A stretch of DNA of 64,000 nucleotides from Selaginella moellendorffii. Lineage: Eukaryota; Plantae; Lycopodiophyta. Numbering within the stretch: the first letter of the stretch is position 1; every line of letters begins with the position of its first letter. The notes beneath the pieces were generated by a model. It made no database searches. It saw nothing but the letters and a program-made list of their open reading frames with translations, and was not told the DNA's origin. The translations under genes were made by a program, and so were the position numbers. This document shows, piece after piece, positions 61,691-64,000 of this stretch. The stretch is from contig NW_003314321.1 in the NCBI RefSeq assembly GCF_000143415.4, positions 1,064,236 to 1,128,235 on the forward strand, in the 5' to 3' direction.

Positions 61691-64000
61691 CTCCCCCCCA
61701 AACCGAAGCCACTCACCAAACCAAATCTGTCACGTAGGAGCTGAAACTGGTGTGGCCCCAACGGCTTAGTGAGAAGATCGGCTGGCATATCCTGTGTCCC
61801 GAGATGTTGGACGGCGAGGGTGCCACCGTCAACCAACTCACGCACATAGTGAAATTGGACTTCAATGTGCTTCGAGCGGGCATGGTGGACGGGGTTCTTG
61901 GACATGGCAATGCTGCTTCGGTTGTCACACCAAGAAGTAGTGGGGCCAGCTTGTGCACATCCCAGCTCAGCAAGTAACCCTCGAGCCCAGACCACATCCC
62001 TGCTACCAGTAGTGAGTGCGATGTACTCCGCTTCTGCACTAGAAAGGGCCACCACAGATTGTCGCTTGGAGGCCCACGTGATGGCACCTCCTGAGAAGGA
62101 AAGGCAAATGCCAGAAGTCGAGCGATGACCTTTGTTGTTGGCAAAACTAGCATCTGTGTAGCATGCTAATGATGCATCACCCCCTGAATAAGCAATGCCA
62201 TAGTCCATAGTGCCCCGGAGGTATCTCACGATACGCTTGGCAGCTTGCCAATGTATGGTGGTTGGTGATGTGTTGTACTGACTCAAGGCAATAGTCGCAT
62301 ATGTGATGTCGGGGCGAGTCATCAGGGCCAAATATGTGAGGCAACCAATGAGATGCCGATAGGGAGTCCCAGTGGGTAGAGGCTCACCAGACTGCTCAAC
62401 TGTGAGGTTGATAGCACCAACGACCATCGGGGTCTTGACGGGGTGGCAATCACGCATACCAAACCGATCCAGCAAGACTTCGACTTTACGTCGTTGGCTA
62501 AGCATGTAGCCACCAGAATCAGGATCACGTGTGACTTCAAAGCCAAGAAAGTAGGAGACTCTGCCAAGGTCCTTCATCTGGAATTGCTGGCTGAGAGCAT
62601 CTTTCAGAGCAGCAATGGCATCGTTGTCATCACCCATGATGAGCAAATCATCAACGTAGAGGGCCACAATAACCATGCGCTCAGCATGACCATTGACATA
62701 CACATTGTGATCAGCATGACAGCGACGAAAGCCTTGAGCACGTAGGGTGGCATCAAATTTTTGATACCAAATACGAGAGCTCTGTTTTAAGCCATACAAA
62801 GCTTTCCGCAATTGCCATATAGGGCCACCAGGGGCAACATCGTCCTCAAAACCAGGAGGTATATGCATATAGATGTCCTCTTGCAAATCCCCATTCAGAA
62901 ATGCAGTTTTGACATCCATATGGTGGACTTGCCATTTGCGAGCAGCTGCAAGGGCAAAAAGAGTACGGAGGCTGGCCATTTTTACAACCGGTGAGAATGT
63001 TTCATCGTAGTCAAGGCCATGGACTTGGCGAAAACCACGAACAACCAACCGTGCCTTATAACGTACAACCTGGCCATCTTTCCCATACTTTTTGGAAAAA
63101 ATCCATTTTGGATCCAAAACACGTCGTCCCGGTGGCGCTGAATCAACTGGAACATAAGTTCCGTTAGCCCGAATGGAAGAAACTTCTTCCGCAATAGCTT
63201 CCATCCAAGATGAAGCCTCAGGTCCTGAGATAGCCTCATCATAGGTCATGGGGATGCCGATGTCAATAAGGCCACAAAAGTCATCAAGCTCTGCAGCATC
63301 TGCTTCAGCATTTTCCCGGACTTTTAACGAGGGCCGACGTTCCCGGGGGTGATCAAGAACTGGCATCGGATCAGGCATGCCACGACGTCGACAAGGTGGT
63401 GGAGGTGTCGGAGGCGTCGGAGGCCTATCCTCAACTAGAGGAGCATCAGCTGGTTCAAGCATGTCCAGAAGTGGAGGATTCCCCAATGGAATCTCTGGTG
63501 GCAACTCATAAATAGGATCTTGAGGCGGAGGCAAGAGTGGACCATCTCCCATAAGTGGGATCAAAGGAACAAGTCAAGTCTCAGCAATAAAAGAAGGATC
63601 TTGAAGAGCCTCTGTACGCATGGGAAAGTCGTCTTCATTGAACATGACATCTGTGCTTACAATAGCCTTGTGAGAGGCAAGATCCCACAACTTGTAAGCT
63701 TTTCTCCCGATAGTGTCGTCCTGTGCATATCCCACGAAGATGAATTTTTTACTCTTGGGATCTAGCTTTTTCCGAAGTTGATCAGGGGTATGTGCGTATG
63801 CTGCACAACTGAAGACCCGAAAGTGGGACACATCAGGAGTAGAACCTGTCCAAAATGCCTCAGGGGTTTTTCCATCCAAAGCAGCCGTGGCAAGGCGATT
63901 TTGTACATGCATTGCTGTGGCTATGGCCTCTTGCCAAAACATCTTGTCAAGATGTGCATCAGCTAACAAAGCACGAGCAGCATTGACAAGAGTACGATTC
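61554..64000 (-). mobile_element. Ty1/copia LTR retrotransposon (3' part: integrase end, RT, RNase H, PPT, 3' LTR)
   Basis: Integrase tail FWQEAIATA..QNR..TPE..W.G..PDVSHFRVF..KKLDPKSKK.IFVGY. RT KARLVVRGF..MDVKTAFLNG..KALYGLKQ..YVDDLL. RNase H YTDASFA..SSAEAEY..SKHIEVQFH..ADLLTKPL. One in-frame TGA at 63574-63576. Confidence 0.95.

Overview
Eukaryotic plant genomic DNA with very high gene density and ~45-80 nt introns. This pattern fits a lycophyte such as Selaginella (inference, not a database result). Positions 1-25,005 hold nine intron-containing genes: STP sugar transporter (3' end cut off), TEL2, R2R3-MYB (MYB55/61 type), TSO1-like CXC protein, VPS24, EXORDIUM/PHI-1-like, a PHD-finger protein, a complete CesA, and an apparently intact Crinkler(CR)-type P-loop NTPase + restriction-endonuclease-fold gene. 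Positions ~25,060-37,620 are an AT-rich, CpG-poor block of decayed repeats, including a ~1 kb-arm inverted repeat and a Tat/Gypsy relic with PROT-aRH-RT order. Positions 37,823-55,728 hold TASH3, a PLS-E PPR gene, a divergent COI1-like F-box/LRR, a BZR/BES1 factor, a secreted Cys-rich repeat protein unlike familiar seed-plant families, ent-kaurene oxidase (CYP701) and a SEC14-like gene. The right end has a PPR relic and a CDC20 pseudogene disrupted by both a TIR element and a young Ty1/copia element with a 137-bp LTR. Strongest leads: the CR-type NTPase-nuclease gene, the Cys-rich 'GLCY/GPVCW' protein and the non-canonical COI1. All exon models and alignments were done by eye; no searches were run.
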